DNA from: a virus
Length of the DNA: 64,000 nucleotides
Virus record (IMG/VR): IMGVR_UViG_3300043256_000135
Coordinates: 1-64,000 of that record
Reading direction: 5' to 3' (one strand)
Position 1 is the stretch's first letter, and every line of letters starts with the position of its first letter. A program made the translations under genes and the position numbers. The notes beneath the pieces were generated by a model that ran no database searches, was not told where the DNA came from, and saw only the letters and a program-made list of their open reading frames with translations. Shown one piece after another: positions 1 to 8,150 of this stretch.

Positions 1-15
1 CGGTCGGGCAATTCC
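1..15 (-). promoter_or_regulatory. Truncated copy of early promoter repeat (GGAATTGCCCGACC)
   Basis: Plus strand ggtcgggcaattcc is one mismatch from the ggtcggacaattc(c) element at 614, 1257, 1927 and 3058; the -10 would lie outside the window. Confidence 0.6.
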
Positions 16-22
16 AAAACTT

Positions 23-271
23 TCAGTCCGGCCGTCCGAATTCATCCATACTATCGGCCACACCGACCGCAAGATTCCGCACCCACCCCCACACGCCCCC
101 AAAGCCCCGCACCGGGCGCCACAACCCTGGACGCGCCTTCATCAACTCCCCGAGTAGCGGCGACACCAACAACACCCGGGGATACCGCCCCCAGGCCCGC
201 TTATGGTCCCCGAACCCTTCCAGGATGAAGTCCGGGAGATCATCGACCCACATGGTAACAGCTGCGCCCAT
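23..271 (-). CDS. Hypothetical protein (leaderless)
   Basis: ATG 5 nt downstream of GTGTGG-TATACT (277-288); ORF MGAAVTMWVDDLPDF... Confidence 0.6.
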   Translation of the reverse strand: MGAAVTMWVDDLPDFILEGFGDHKRAWGRYPRVLLVSPLLGELMKARPGLWRPVRGFGGVWGWVRNLAVGVADSMDEFGRPD

Positions 272-290
272 GCGCAAGTATACCACACGC

Positions 291-584
291 TCAGCGGTCC
301 AGCCCCCTTACTGCCTCGTCTCGCGTCGCCGCTTGCCGGATGATCGGGTAGCCCTGGGTTCGCGGATCCATGTCCGTGGTGTCCCACACGAACCAGGAGA
401 CCACGCCAAAGCGGGTATGGATCGGAGCGACGCGATATCGTCGCTGCCTTCCGCGGTTCGGGCCGGCCGTCAAGATGGGGCCAAAGGAGAGGGCGAAGGC
501 CGCATACTGTCCAGCCCTACTGGAATCGTTGACGTATTCCGGCGCGGGTGTGTCGAGCGGGTAAGCGCTTTGGTTTGTTTTCAT
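291..584 (-). CDS. Hypothetical protein (leaderless)
   Basis: MKTNQSAYPLDT... ATG 5 nt after TAGGAT. Confidence 0.65.
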   Translation of the reverse strand: MKTNQSAYPLDTPAPEYVNDSSRAGQYAAFALSFGPILTAGPNRGRQRRYRVAPIHTRFGVVSWFVWDTTDMDPRTQGYPIIRQAATRDEAVRGLDR

Positions 585-589
585 GCCAC

Positions 590-639
590 ATCCTACCCCA
601 CGTTTACACGTCGGGTCGGACAATTCCGAAAAAGATTCA
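590..639 (-). promoter_or_regulatory. Early promoter repeat: AATTGT-CCGACC-N18-TAGGAT-N5-ATG
   Basis: 26 bp (614-639) identical to 1257-1282; GTGTAAAC in spacer. Confidence 0.75.
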
Positions 640-841
640 GAGCGCGGCCCAATCCCCCCAGGATCTTCCCGCGGCGGAACCCAACGACTCGCAGGAACGC
701 CACACGTTCCCGCAGCGCGGCCAGCCCCTCCGGTCGGGCGTAGCTCTCCCGGTCGGACTCCCGGCCGAACACCGGTGTAACCACTAGCTCTACCCAATCG
801 CGACTCGCGGCCATATCGTAGCGTTTGTCGTTAGCGCTCAT
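593..841 (-). CDS. Hypothetical protein (MSANDK N-terminus)
   Basis: ATGA overlap with upstream gene 838..1125. Confidence 0.5.
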   Translation of the reverse strand: MSANDKRYDMAASRDWVELVVTPVFGRESDRESYARPEGLAALRERVAFLRVVGFRRGKILGGLGRALNLFRNCPTRRVNVG

Positions 842-1125
842 TCCGCCACCAACTTGCCACCATCCTGGGCCAATCCCAACAGCTCCTCGAACTCCGCACC
901 TGGGACTCGGCCACCCTCCCCGCGATCGATGGCGTTCAAGTGCTTTCCCGTTGTGGGGCCCCATTCGTTTTCTCGGACGAGAATCCGACCGTTTCCGGTT
1001 GAGAACGCCACGGGCGTTTTGTAGCTGTACCACACCCGGAAGCCATTGCCCAGGTCGAATACCAGCGCGTTCGCGGCGGTCGTGTTCGGGCAGTAGGTCG
1101 AGAAAGTAGGCAGTGAAGTGGTCAT
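838..1125 (-). CDS. Hypothetical early phage protein
   Basis: SD-like AAGGGG upstream; 95 aa, motif WYSYKTPVAF...NEWGPTTGKHLNAI typical of small phage proteins. Confidence 0.75.
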   Translation of the reverse strand: MTTSLPTFSTYCPNTTAANALVFDLGNGFRVWYSYKTPVAFSTGNGRILVRENEWGPTTGKHLNAIDRGEGGRVPGAEFEELLGLAQDGGKLVAE

Positions 1126-1135
1126 TGTGTTCCCC

Positions 1136-1228
1136 TTAGAAAAAGATGATAACGAGAACCGCGGCGGTGAAAAAGTCGCCTGGGGTTAGCCCCGCGAAGT
1201 GCGCCTTGATTCTATCGGTTACTTTCAC
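1136..1228 (-). CDS. 30-aa hydrophobic peptide (leaderless GTG)
   Basis: GTG 5 nt after TAGACT; MKVTDRIKAHFAGLTPGDFFTAAVLVIIFF. Confidence 0.45.
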   Translation of the reverse strand: MKVTDRIKAHFAGLTPGDFFTAAVLVIIFF

Positions 1229-1233
1229 GCCAG

Positions 1234-1282
1234 AGTCTACCACGTGTAAACGCCGCGGTCGGACAATTCCGAAAAAGATTCA
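1234..1282 (-). promoter_or_regulatory. Early promoter repeat: AATTGT-CCGACC-N17-TAGACT-N5-GTG
   Basis: Repeat of 590-639; GTTTACAC in spacer. Confidence 0.75.
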
Positions 1283-1609
1283 CCCCGCCAGCGCGGTCCT
1301 CGCCTCTTCGATCGTGAACGGCCCGCCACAAGGCAACAGGATCTCGCCCAGTACATCCTGCTCTTGGTCGAAATCGACCCGCACTGTCAACCGGTACGTC
1401 TCATCCCAGCGCACCTTGCGCCCAGTAATCCGGATCGCACAGTAGCTGTACACGTCGTGCCGATCCGAGTACAGTGCGTGCCGATACGGTGCGCCATCCC
1501 AGCTACGGGCGGCCTCGCTCACACCGTGAATACTCCGCGGCCATGGGTTGACGCCGGGGAAAAAGATGTTGAATCCCATCGGCGGGAAGTTCTTGTCGTT
1601 TGCGCTCAT
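1280..1609 (-). CDS. Hypothetical protein (MSANDK N-terminus)
   Basis: GGAGGGAG SD and ATGA overlap with 1606..1896. Confidence 0.65.
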   Translation of the reverse strand: MSANDKNFPPMGFNIFFPGVNPWPRSIHGVSEAARSWDGAPYRHALYSDRHDVYSYCAIRITGRKVRWDETYRLTVRVDFDQEQDVLGEILLPCGGPFTIEEARTALAG

Positions 1610-1896
1610 ACTCCCTCCCTGATCCCGTGAGTCGGGCAGCCTTGGACGTTTCCCGACAGCCCCACAAAGAGCGCTTGGCAGACTGGGCAATGTAATTCCT
1701 CTCCGCTCAGAATTACTGTACCGATTTCGGACTTGGAGAACTTGACCGCCTCGCAATCCGCGGCATACCGCATGAGTTCCTCGGCCAGCTGCCATGCCAG
1801 CGATGGGGACAAGTAGGCCGTTTCCGTACCAGAAAAGTGAACCGCTACCCATTCGTGGAATCGGTGCACCCGCGCGTTGCTTGTTTGCTTGACCAT
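1606..1896 (-). CDS. Hypothetical protein with C-terminal CxxC...CxxH (leaderless)
   Basis: ATG 6 nt after TAGGAT. Confidence 0.7.
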   Translation of the reverse strand: MVKQTSNARVHRFHEWVAVHFSGTETAYLSPSLAWQLAEELMRYAADCEAVKFSKSEIGTVILSGEELHCPVCQALFVGLSGNVQGCPTHGIREGV

Positions 1897-1902
1897 GTCA
1901 CC

Positions 1903-1939
1903 ATCCTACCCCATGTAAACGCCGGAGGTCGGACAATTC
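1903..1939 (-). promoter_or_regulatory. Early promoter repeat: GAATTGT-CCGACC-N18-TAGGAT-N6-ATG
   Basis: Same conserved element; GTTTACAT in spacer. Confidence 0.75.
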
Positions 1940-1989
1940 TGCTGGGCGGAGTCGAACCGCCGTTCGCATGGGGAGTTCACCGGCGGACA

Positions 1990-2460
1990 TTATTTCCCGC
2001 CGTCCCCGCACGTCGATTTCCCGTCAGCCCCCTCAAGTTCTGCGACGATCTGGCCGACGATCCCCGCGACTTCCTTTGCAAATCCACCCGGCCAGCGCAC
2101 TGCCGCCACCGGATCGTGAGACAGCAGCCGGGCCGCCACGGTCACGGTCAGGGTCCGTCGGAATTCGGCTGTTTCATTCTGAGGCGTCTCAATCGGAGAC
2201 AATCTCAGATTGAGGCTCGTGAGGTACTTGGCCAGTTCCTGGTGGTTCCAAGTTGGCGGCTCAGTTCCAAGTTGGCCACTTGGTTCCAAGTTGGCAGTTC
2301 CAAGTTGCGGATTCCGTTCCAAGTAGAGCCGTAGCGCGGCGATCTCGTCCCAATCCAAGGTGAGACTCTCTCCGTAACTGCTGTCGTACAGGTCCAGAGT
2401 CTTGCCCTCGACAGTGGCGGTAATTTTGGAAGTGATCTTCGTAACTTCGGTCATGGTCAT
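1990..2460 (-). CDS. Hypothetical protein carrying an internal DNA repeat array
   Basis: GAGGG SD, ATGA overlap with 2457..2906; MTMTEVTKITSK... Confidence 0.6.
   Translation of the reverse strand: MTMTEVTKITSKITATVEGKTLDLYDSSYGESLTLDWDEIAALRLYLERNPQLGTANLEPSGQLGTEPPTWNHQELAKYLTSLNLRLSPIETPQNETAEFRRTLTVTVAARLLSHDPVAAVRWPGGFAKEVAGIVGQIVAELEGADGKSTCGDGGK
2245..2326. repeat. Direct repeat array GTTCCAAGT(TGGC) x5
   Basis: Copies start at 2245, 2264, 2283, 2297 and 2316 (spacing 19, 19, 14, 19); a sixth copy at 2471. Confidence 0.9.
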
Positions 2461-2906
2461 TCCCTCATTGGTTCCAAGTTGCAGAATTCCTCGCGCCACT
2501 CGTGTAGCACGTCTTTCCCGAGATCGCTCCCCCACTCGTCTTCCAAACGATCGCACACTTCCATCATGCCCGCGCCTTCGTCACCATGGACTGTAACCCG
2601 GCCCTCCCACGGCTTGCACTTGCCGTGCAGCTCGCATAGCCCATCCTCGGTCTGGAACGTGCACGTCTGTGGGTTGTTGACGTGCCCGCAGAAAGAGTCA
2701 AAGTCCGGAGCATCCTTTCCCTCGTAACCCACGCCAGCAGCCTGGAGGTAGGAAAACGGGGAGTCCCCATCGTCCCGAATCATGAGCCGCGCGGCCACAT
2801 CATTGGGCATCTCGCGAACTTCCGAGGGCAGCGGCCGGCAGGGAAACCCCTGGCACATCGCGATGCACTTCTCGCAGCTGCACTCGAATTCTTCCAAGTC
2901 GCTCAT
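2457..2906 (-). CDS. Cys-rich metal-cluster protein (YkgJ/CxxCxxCC-like)
   Basis: CSCEKCIAMC...C-TF...C-ELH..KPWEG pattern. Confidence 0.6.
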   Translation of the reverse strand: MSDLEEFECSCEKCIAMCQGFPCRPLPSEVREMPNDVAARLMIRDDGDSPFSYLQAAGVGYEGKDAPDFDSFCGHVNNPQTCTFQTEDGLCELHGKCKPWEGRVTVHGDEGAGMMEVCDRLEDEWGSDLGKDVLHEWREEFCNLEPMRE

Positions 2907-3028
2907 CTTGATTGGTCCTCAATGCACGCATAGAGCACTCGATCGGAGCCGGGCTCCAACCACTCGATGCTCAGCACCCATCCCTCTTCGGAGCATAGCT
3001 CCCAGCTTGCATGCTCAATGTGGATCAT
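2903..3028 (-). CDS. Small hypothetical protein (leaderless)
   Basis: ATG 5 nt after TAGGAT; ATGA overlap with next gene. Confidence 0.55.
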   Translation of the reverse strand: MIHIEHASWELCSEEGWVLSIEWLEPGSDRVLYACIEDQSR

Positions 3029-3033
3029 GTCAG

Positions 3034-3070
3034 ATCCTACCACAGTTCCAAGCGCGAGGTCGGACAATTC
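3034..3070 (-). promoter_or_regulatory. Early promoter repeat: GAATTGT-CCGACC-N18-TAGGAT-N5-ATG
   Basis: Same element; spacer contains CTTGGAAC (the 2245-2326 repeat core). Confidence 0.75.
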
Positions 3071-3081
3071 TGAGAAAAACA

Positions 3082-3558
3082 TCAGCCCACCATTTCTCGC
3101 CGACGGTTTCGCCACTTCCGCCATGTGTCACAACACGCCGACGGCGCCCAGTCCTCGCCATGCTTGGCTCGCATAGTGCCCAGCCACGTGGCGTACTGGG
3201 CCTCTTCGATTGCCCGCGGCTTGGCCCGGACCATGCGGCGCCGCTTCGGTCGGGCAGGCTTTGGCTTCGGCTGCACCATGCGCTGGGCAGGCTTCGCATG
3301 GGCCTTGTTCCATTCCTTGATCACGACGTTTGCTTCGGGAGTGAACCGCTTCCGTTGTCGCCACTTCCGCCACGTGTCCGAATGCTCGGGCGGCGTCCCC
3401 ATCCAGTCCACCCAGATCCGATACATGGCCTTCCACTTCGCCCGACGGCGCAGAGCCGCCCGTTTCTCCTTGGGGCCAAGTAGATCCAGCATGCGGCTCT
3501 GGTACGCCGACCATGCCTCCCCGGGTTTGCGGTTCACATCTTCAGGTCCAAACGTCAT
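3082..3558 (-). CDS. Very basic Trp/Arg-rich hypothetical protein
   Basis: GAGG SD; internal repeat DTWRKWR x2. Confidence 0.6.
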   Translation of the reverse strand: MTFGPEDVNRKPGEAWSAYQSRMLDLLGPKEKRAALRRRAKWKAMYRIWVDWMGTPPEHSDTWRKWRQRKRFTPEANVVIKEWNKAHAKPAQRMVQPKPKPARPKRRRMVRAKPRAIEEAQYATWLGTMRAKHGEDWAPSACCDTWRKWRNRRREMVG

Positions 3559-3660
3559 GCGACTACCTCAGTACGAAAAATGGGCCCCGCCGCCCATGAA
3601 CAGCAGAGCCCTCGCAGGACCCGCACCCTGCTCCACAGAGTACGCCATCGGTCCATGCGT

Positions 3661-3885
3661 TTACAGCTCAGGGATCAGACTGCCGGCGGCGTTACTGAAT
3701 CGGGTCCACAGGCTCCATATGTGTCGTGACCCAAAGGCCAACCACTCCAGGAACCCAATGGGTCCGGCAACGCATAGCACGCACAGGATCAGCACGGGGA
3801 GCACGACTATACGAATCAGGAACCACAGGATGACCCACAGGATCAGCCCGGTGGTCCGGCAGCAGATCCCTAAGCGCCCCAACAT
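3661..3885 (-). CDS. Small membrane protein
   Basis: Long hydrophobic stretch; TGATG coupling. Confidence 0.55.
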   Translation of the reverse strand: MLGRLGICCRTTGLILWVILWFLIRIVVLPVLILCVLCVAGPIGFLEWLAFGSRHIWSLWTRFSNAAGSLIPEL

Positions 3886-4187
3886 CAGGCCAGCCCTGCA
3901 GCTCGCGCGGCCATGGCCAACAGGCCCTTGGCCAATGCTTGCAGGCGTTCGTCCAGAGCGTCAGCGCGGTTGACGGTGGCCCCGGCACCCATCAGCAGGA
4001 CATTGACGGCCTCATCTTCGACAGCTTCGTAGAAGCCCGCATCGTCGCGAAGCGGCGCCAAGTAGCGCATGCGTTCAGCGACATAGTCGCGCACCTCGGT
4101 CAGATCCCCTGTCAGCTCCACGCGGATGTCCGTCGCGGTATCCTTCAGGGCGGCGATGAACTCATCAGCCAGTAGTTTGAAATCCAT
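3885..4187 (-). CDS. Hypothetical helical protein
   Basis: GGAG SD before MDFKLLADEF. Confidence 0.65.
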   Translation of the reverse strand: MDFKLLADEFIAALKDTATDIRVELTGDLTEVRDYVAERMRYLAPLRDDAGFYEAVEDEAVNVLLMGAGATVNRADALDERLQALAKGLLAMAARAAGLA

Positions 4188-4307
4188 GATTCTTGTCTCC
4201 AGGGGTTGAAAATCAATTGCGGTTGCGGATGTAGCTGCGGATGCCGGTATAGAGCCAGCCCAGCAGCGACCCGGTAGTGTACCCGACACAGAAAGCGATG
4301 ACAAGGA

Positions 4308-4676
4308 TCATAACTGCGCCGCCCGCAGCCCAAATTGACGGAACGTCTCCCGCTTGGACCCGGCGGTCCCCTCGGTCAGTTCACCATTGGCCACGCGGGC
4401 GTCGACACCAGCCTGGGCCCATGGTTCCAAACTGGACCACAGCTCGCGGATCTCGTCCGCACGATTACGGTCACCGGAGCCCAGGGCCTCTTTCATCTCG
4501 CCCAGCAGCACCTCCGCGTCCAGGGTATCGGTCTCCCCTTCCACGCCAGAGCGAACGGCTGGTGCAATCACACGGTCCAGGGCGACCAGCATGGCGGGCA
4601 TCAGGACTCGCTCACGAGCCAGGGTGCCACAGGTGGCCGTAGCCATCAACGTCAACAGAATCAGTAGGCGCTTCAT
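4308..4676 (-). CDS. Putative lipoprotein/secreted protein (possible lysis accessory)
   Basis: MKR + hydrophobic core + TATC lipobox-like Cys. Confidence 0.6.
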   Translation of the reverse strand: MKRLLILLTLMATATCGTLARERVLMPAMLVALDRVIAPAVRSGVEGETDTLDAEVLLGEMKEALGSGDRNRADEIRELWSSLEPWAQAGVDARVANGELTEGTAGSKRETFRQFGLRAAQL

Positions 4677-4960
4677 CGGGCTGGCCTCGTGGCGGCTGCG
4701 GCTTCGCGTACAGCGATCTCGCGGTTGACCAGAATCACGTCGGCCCGTTCAGCGGCAGCAACCTGCCCGGCCACTTGCAGCTTCTTCACCGAAGAGCGGT
4801 GCGAGGAGTAGCCCAGGGCTGCACCCATGGCCACCACGATGCCGGCGATCTCGCCCCACACGGTGCCAGAGAAGTAGGTCACGGCAAAGCCGGCGATGGT
4901 CACCAGCGAGATGAGAAGGAACTCAGTGGACGATCGTCCAGGTTTGATTTCAGTCGTCAT
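4673..4960 (-). CDS. Holin-like membrane protein
   Basis: KPGxxSTEF + two TM helices + YxxxRxxVK, a pattern seen in phage holin-like proteins. Confidence 0.55.
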   Translation of the reverse strand: MTTEIKPGRSSTEFLLISLVTIAGFAVTYFSGTVWGEIAGIVVAMGAALGYSSHRSSVKKLQVAGQVAAAERADVILVNREIAVREAAAATRPAR

Positions 4961-5174
4961 ATTGTAAGTCTCCAGAGGTCATGTGTTGGGTCAGCGTTGA
5001 GCAGGGTGTTACCCACCTCCAGCCCTTCCCGCCGAATAGGGAAATCGTGGCCACAGCACCGCATCGAAATTCCGCACGCTGTACAGTTTCGTTGTGCTCG
5101 TCCATGCCCAAGGTGTCCAAAACCGCTGGGCACACGGGGCAGATCGGCAGCTTGATATCGGCGTAGTGGGTCAT
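4950..5174 (-). CDS. Small Cys-rich hypothetical protein
   Basis: CPVC, C-G, PC. Confidence 0.5.
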   Translation of the reverse strand: MTHYADIKLPICPVCPAVLDTLGMDEHNETVQRAEFRCGAVATISLFGGKGWRWVTPCSTLTQHMTSGDLQYDD

Positions 5175-5176
5175 AA

Positions 5177-5680
5177 TTATTCAGGTCCGTCTAGGATGCG
5201 AGGATTATAGGCGTCTTCCCGTTCCTCTGCGCATCGGTCCATCTCGGCTTGCATCCTTGCGATCGTGCGGGTCAGCTCGCCGTTGGTCACGTTCACCTTC
5301 GCCAAAGCGTTGGCCCGGCCGATGACGGCCTCGCAGTCGATCTGCGAGGTGCCCATTGCACACGCTAGCCGGCGCAGCAGTACGGCGTCCACGTCCAACG
5401 ATCCGGCCAGGGCGTCGCGGATGGCGAGGTACTTGTCGGCCTGCGCGCGAATAACACGGAGACGTGCGAGAGCCTCGGTCTCGCACATGGGCCGAGTCTC
5501 TCCGCCCATCGTTTCATGCAGGCATCCGACGAACTTGAACATCTCCAAATCCTTCTGCTCTAGGGCCAGTGCGGCCACTTCGACCTGGATCTGGAACTCG
5601 GCGAGGCGATTGCTCAGCGCATCGCGCTGAGCGATGGCGGTTGCACGCTCGCGCCATAGTCGGATAGTCTTGCGGATCAT
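5177..5680 (-). CDS. Coiled-coil hypothetical protein
   Basis: Heptad-rich ORF; TGTGG-TATACT at 5732-5742 upstream. Confidence 0.6.
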   Translation of the reverse strand: MIRKTIRLWRERATAIAQRDALSNRLAEFQIQVEVAALALEQKDLEMFKFVGCLHETMGGETRPMCETEALARLRVIRAQADKYLAIRDALAGSLDVDAVLLRRLACAMGTSQIDCEAVIGRANALAKVNVTNGELTRTIARMQAEMDRCAEEREDAYNPRILDGPE

Positions 5681-6159
5681 GTTTTCTTCCACGCGGCTTT
5701 GCGCCGTTCGAGTTCCTTGTCGGTCTGATTCAGTATACCACAGAGATCGGCGTCCGGCGCAACATGCGCCACGGCTCCGATGGCGGCCACGCGCGTGCCG
5801 TCCGCTAGGACGTTTACACCCACCACAGCCTCGATCCTGTTGCGAACTTTTGTGCCATCACTACACCACGGCAGCACCACGGCGAACTCATCCCCGCCGT
5901 GCCGGTAGACCGTGTCCCACCCACCACTGCGGATAGCAACGCCGACGCGGTACAGCAGCTTGTCGGCGCCGAAGTGACCCAGCACCTCATTGGCCCGCTT
6001 CAGGTTCGTCATGTCGAGCAGCACCACACCGAACGTAATGCCCATGGCCTGGAGCAGCCGACAGTAGTCCATGAACGCGCGCCGGTTGCCCAGGCCCGTC
6101 AGGTCGTCTGTCCGGGCGTCTGTCATCAGACGCACGGCTAGTTGTTCCAGGTCGTTCAT
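5677..6159 (-). CDS. Stand-alone GGDEF-domain diguanylate cyclase
   Basis: DxLTGLxNRR, D..NLKRAN..LGH, RHGGDEFAV motifs. Confidence 0.92.
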   Translation of the reverse strand: MNDLEQLAVRLMTDARTDDLTGLGNRRAFMDYCRLLQAMGITFGVVLLDMTNLKRANEVLGHFGADKLLYRVGVAIRSGGWDTVYRHGGDEFAVVLPWCSDGTKVRNRIEAVVGVNVLADGTRVAAIGAVAHVAPDADLCGILNQTDKELERRKAAWKKT

Positions 6160-6320
6160 GATGGTCTGATCCGGAACTTCCGTGTGGACATGCAGAGGCG
6201 CATGTTGTTGACCACCTCAATGGCCTCATCCCGATTACCTGTCCACCTCTGGCCTTCGGAGCGGATGCGGATGATTGAGGTCCAGACCCCGTCACCCTTG
6301 AATTGCACGTAGTAGGTCAT
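6156..6320 (-). CDS. 54-aa hypothetical protein (paralog of 36870..37034)
   Basis: GGAG SD; MTYYVQFKGDGVWTSII... Confidence 0.6.
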   Translation of the reverse strand: MTYYVQFKGDGVWTSIIRIRSEGQRWTGNRDEAIEVVNNMRLCMSTRKFRIRPS

Positions 6321-6420
6321 GCTTTCTCCATCATAATGATATCGGAGTAGCAGCCCTCTGGCCGGTACCACAGGATCCAGCATCCATCCCTCAGCTCCCA
6401 TTCCACACTGCGCAGGGGAA

Positions 6421-6990
6421 TCATACCTTCCCCTTCAAGCTCTTCGCCAGCGCGCGGATGGCCGCTACGACGGATTCACCCTCCGGTGAGTCCGTCAGAG
6501 CACTCTTGATCAGTAACTCGCGGGCCTCTTTCTTCATCGCGCCTACGCGCAGGTCGCGCTCGCGGGCATCCTTCAGGGCCGTTAGAGCACCTAACCACAG
6601 GAGCCGCAAGCCCAAGGCGGCGTCGTCCAGCTCCACGTCTAAGGCGATGCGGAAGCGTGCCTCGTAAGTTTTCTGGTGATCCGAGAAGACCACCTGGGCC
6701 GTGGTCCCCGAGTCGCTGCCATCCTCGTACACGCGGTAAGTGGTCCTCTTGTGCATGTCATCTATGCCGCGCTGGATCAGTTGGCTAATCCCGCACAGCT
6801 GGTCGTAGTACTTCGCGGTGACCAGCTCGATCACGTGCTCATAGAACTTGTCGCGGCAGTAGATCACGTGTTGCTCGCAAGCGGCCACATCATGCGCGGC
6901 CAGCTCGATCATCTCCCCGGCCACCAGCTTGACGGCGTCGGCCCGCGTCAGCTTGATCGCGGCCACGGCTTCTTGTGGGATGTCGGTCAT
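6421..6990 (-). CDS. Hypothetical protein
   Basis: 189-aa ORF with phage-like codon usage. Confidence 0.7.
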   Translation of the reverse strand: MTDIPQEAVAAIKLTRADAVKLVAGEMIELAAHDVAACEQHVIYCRDKFYEHVIELVTAKYYDQLCGISQLIQRGIDDMHKRTTYRVYEDGSDSGTTAQVVFSDHQKTYEARFRIALDVELDDAALGLRLLWLGALTALKDARERDLRVGAMKKEARELLIKSALTDSPEGESVVAAIRALAKSLKGKV

Positions 6991-7188
6991 GATCTTTTCT
7001 TGGGCTTCGCCACCGTGCGGCCCAGTTCCAACTTGGCCAGCATCTTGTACAGCTCGCGCACCTTGCGCGCTTCGATCTTCTCGCGTTGGGTCATCAGTCC
7101 AGCCCTTTTGCCAGTTTCCAGAACAAGGCGCACATCATGATTACTAGGATGCTGACCAGCACCATCCCCCAGATGTCAATGGCGCTCA

Positions 7189-7569
7189 TTAGAAGGGCAC
7201 CGTGTCAGAGTCGGCCGGCGCCGAAGCGGCGGCGTCCGTCTCACGCTTCGACCCAACGAACTGGAAGCCGTTCACGATCACGGCCAGCTTCGATCGGTTT
7301 CCGCCATCCTGGGCCACCCACGTGGAAAAGTCCAGCTTGCCGTCGATGAAGATCGGGTCGCCCTTCTTGAGGTACTTCGCGATTGCTTCGCCGGTCTTGC
7401 CGAACGCGGTCAAGTCCACGAACGTAGTGCTCTCGCACTTCTCACCGTTGCGGGTGAACCGTTCGTTGACGGCCATGCCGAACTTGACGTACGCCTTGCC
7501 ACTTTGGGAGTAGCGCAGCTCGGGATCGCGGGTTAGGTTCCCGCCCAGAAATACCTTATTGAATTGCAT
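7189..7569 (-). CDS. ssb: Single-stranded DNA-binding protein
   Basis: FNKVFLGGNLTRDPELRY, KKGDPIFIDGKL, acidic C-terminal DTVPF. Confidence 0.95.
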   Translation of the reverse strand: MQFNKVFLGGNLTRDPELRYSQSGKAYVKFGMAVNERFTRNGEKCESTTFVDLTAFGKTGEAIAKYLKKGDPIFIDGKLDFSTWVAQDGGNRSKLAVIVNGFQFVGSKRETDAAASAPADSDTVPF

Positions 7570-7981
7570 GTCTTCGCCCTGTCTTGATTTGTGAAATGAG
7601 ACTACTGGTTACGTTATAGTCTACTGCAATGTTACGCTGTAGGTCGCCCTTTTCCAAACGTTTTCGAATGTCCTGTACCTGTTCGTCGGTCAGCTTTCTG
7701 GTCCCGCGTCGTCCTCGCTCGTCCATGTCACGTGTGTTGTCGGCATGCGTGCCCAGTTCCAAGTGATCGGGCCGGACGCACCGCAGCACGTCGCACTTAT
7801 GGCGTACGAGCATACCGTCAGGAATTGGGCCATGGGTTAGGATCCACGCCACTCGATGTGCAATCTGTTGTTTCCCCTTGTAGCGCACCTGCCCATAGCC
7901 AGCTCCGCGGAGGGACGCAGTCCATAGCCAGCAGTCACCGGTCTTGTCCACATTCTCCCAAAAAGGCGGTAACGGTCTCAT
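7556..7981 (-). CDS. HNH homing endonuclease
   Basis: CWLWT..GYG..AHRVAW..GPIPDG..VRHKCD..CVRPDHLELGT..DN; C-terminal HTH. Confidence 0.92.
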   Translation of the reverse strand: MRPLPPFWENVDKTGDCWLWTASLRGAGYGQVRYKGKQQIAHRVAWILTHGPIPDGMLVRHKCDVLRCVRPDHLELGTHADNTRDMDERGRRGTRKLTDEQVQDIRKRLEKGDLQRNIAVDYNVTSSLISQIKTGRRHAIQ

Positions 7982-8091
7982 GGTTGTTGACTCAGTTTTA
8001 GGAATTCCAGCCAGATCATGATGAACGCCACCGCGGAGCAGATGCGCACCACGGACAGCGAGTCCAGCTGGAGTAGTCTTGGAATCTTCAT

Positions 8092-8121
8092 AGCATACCA
8101 CACTGCGCGCTAGTCGGTCGA
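8092..8121 (-). promoter_or_regulatory. Promoter TCGACC-N18-TATGCT (TGTGG extended -10)
   Basis: Same spacing as the early repeats. Confidence 0.55.
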
Positions 8122-8150
8122 GTCTTTCTCGATAATCACACCATTGGGCA

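Noticed and set aside
2245-2326. Possible mini-CRISPR array
   Set aside because: Repeats of about 13 bp with spacers under 10 bp are far too short; no cas genes
590-3070. TTGTCC as a canonical -35 box
   Set aside because: It is 21-22 nt from the -10; the CCGACC hexamer at 17-18 nt fits, and matches TCGACC/CTGACC at other promoters
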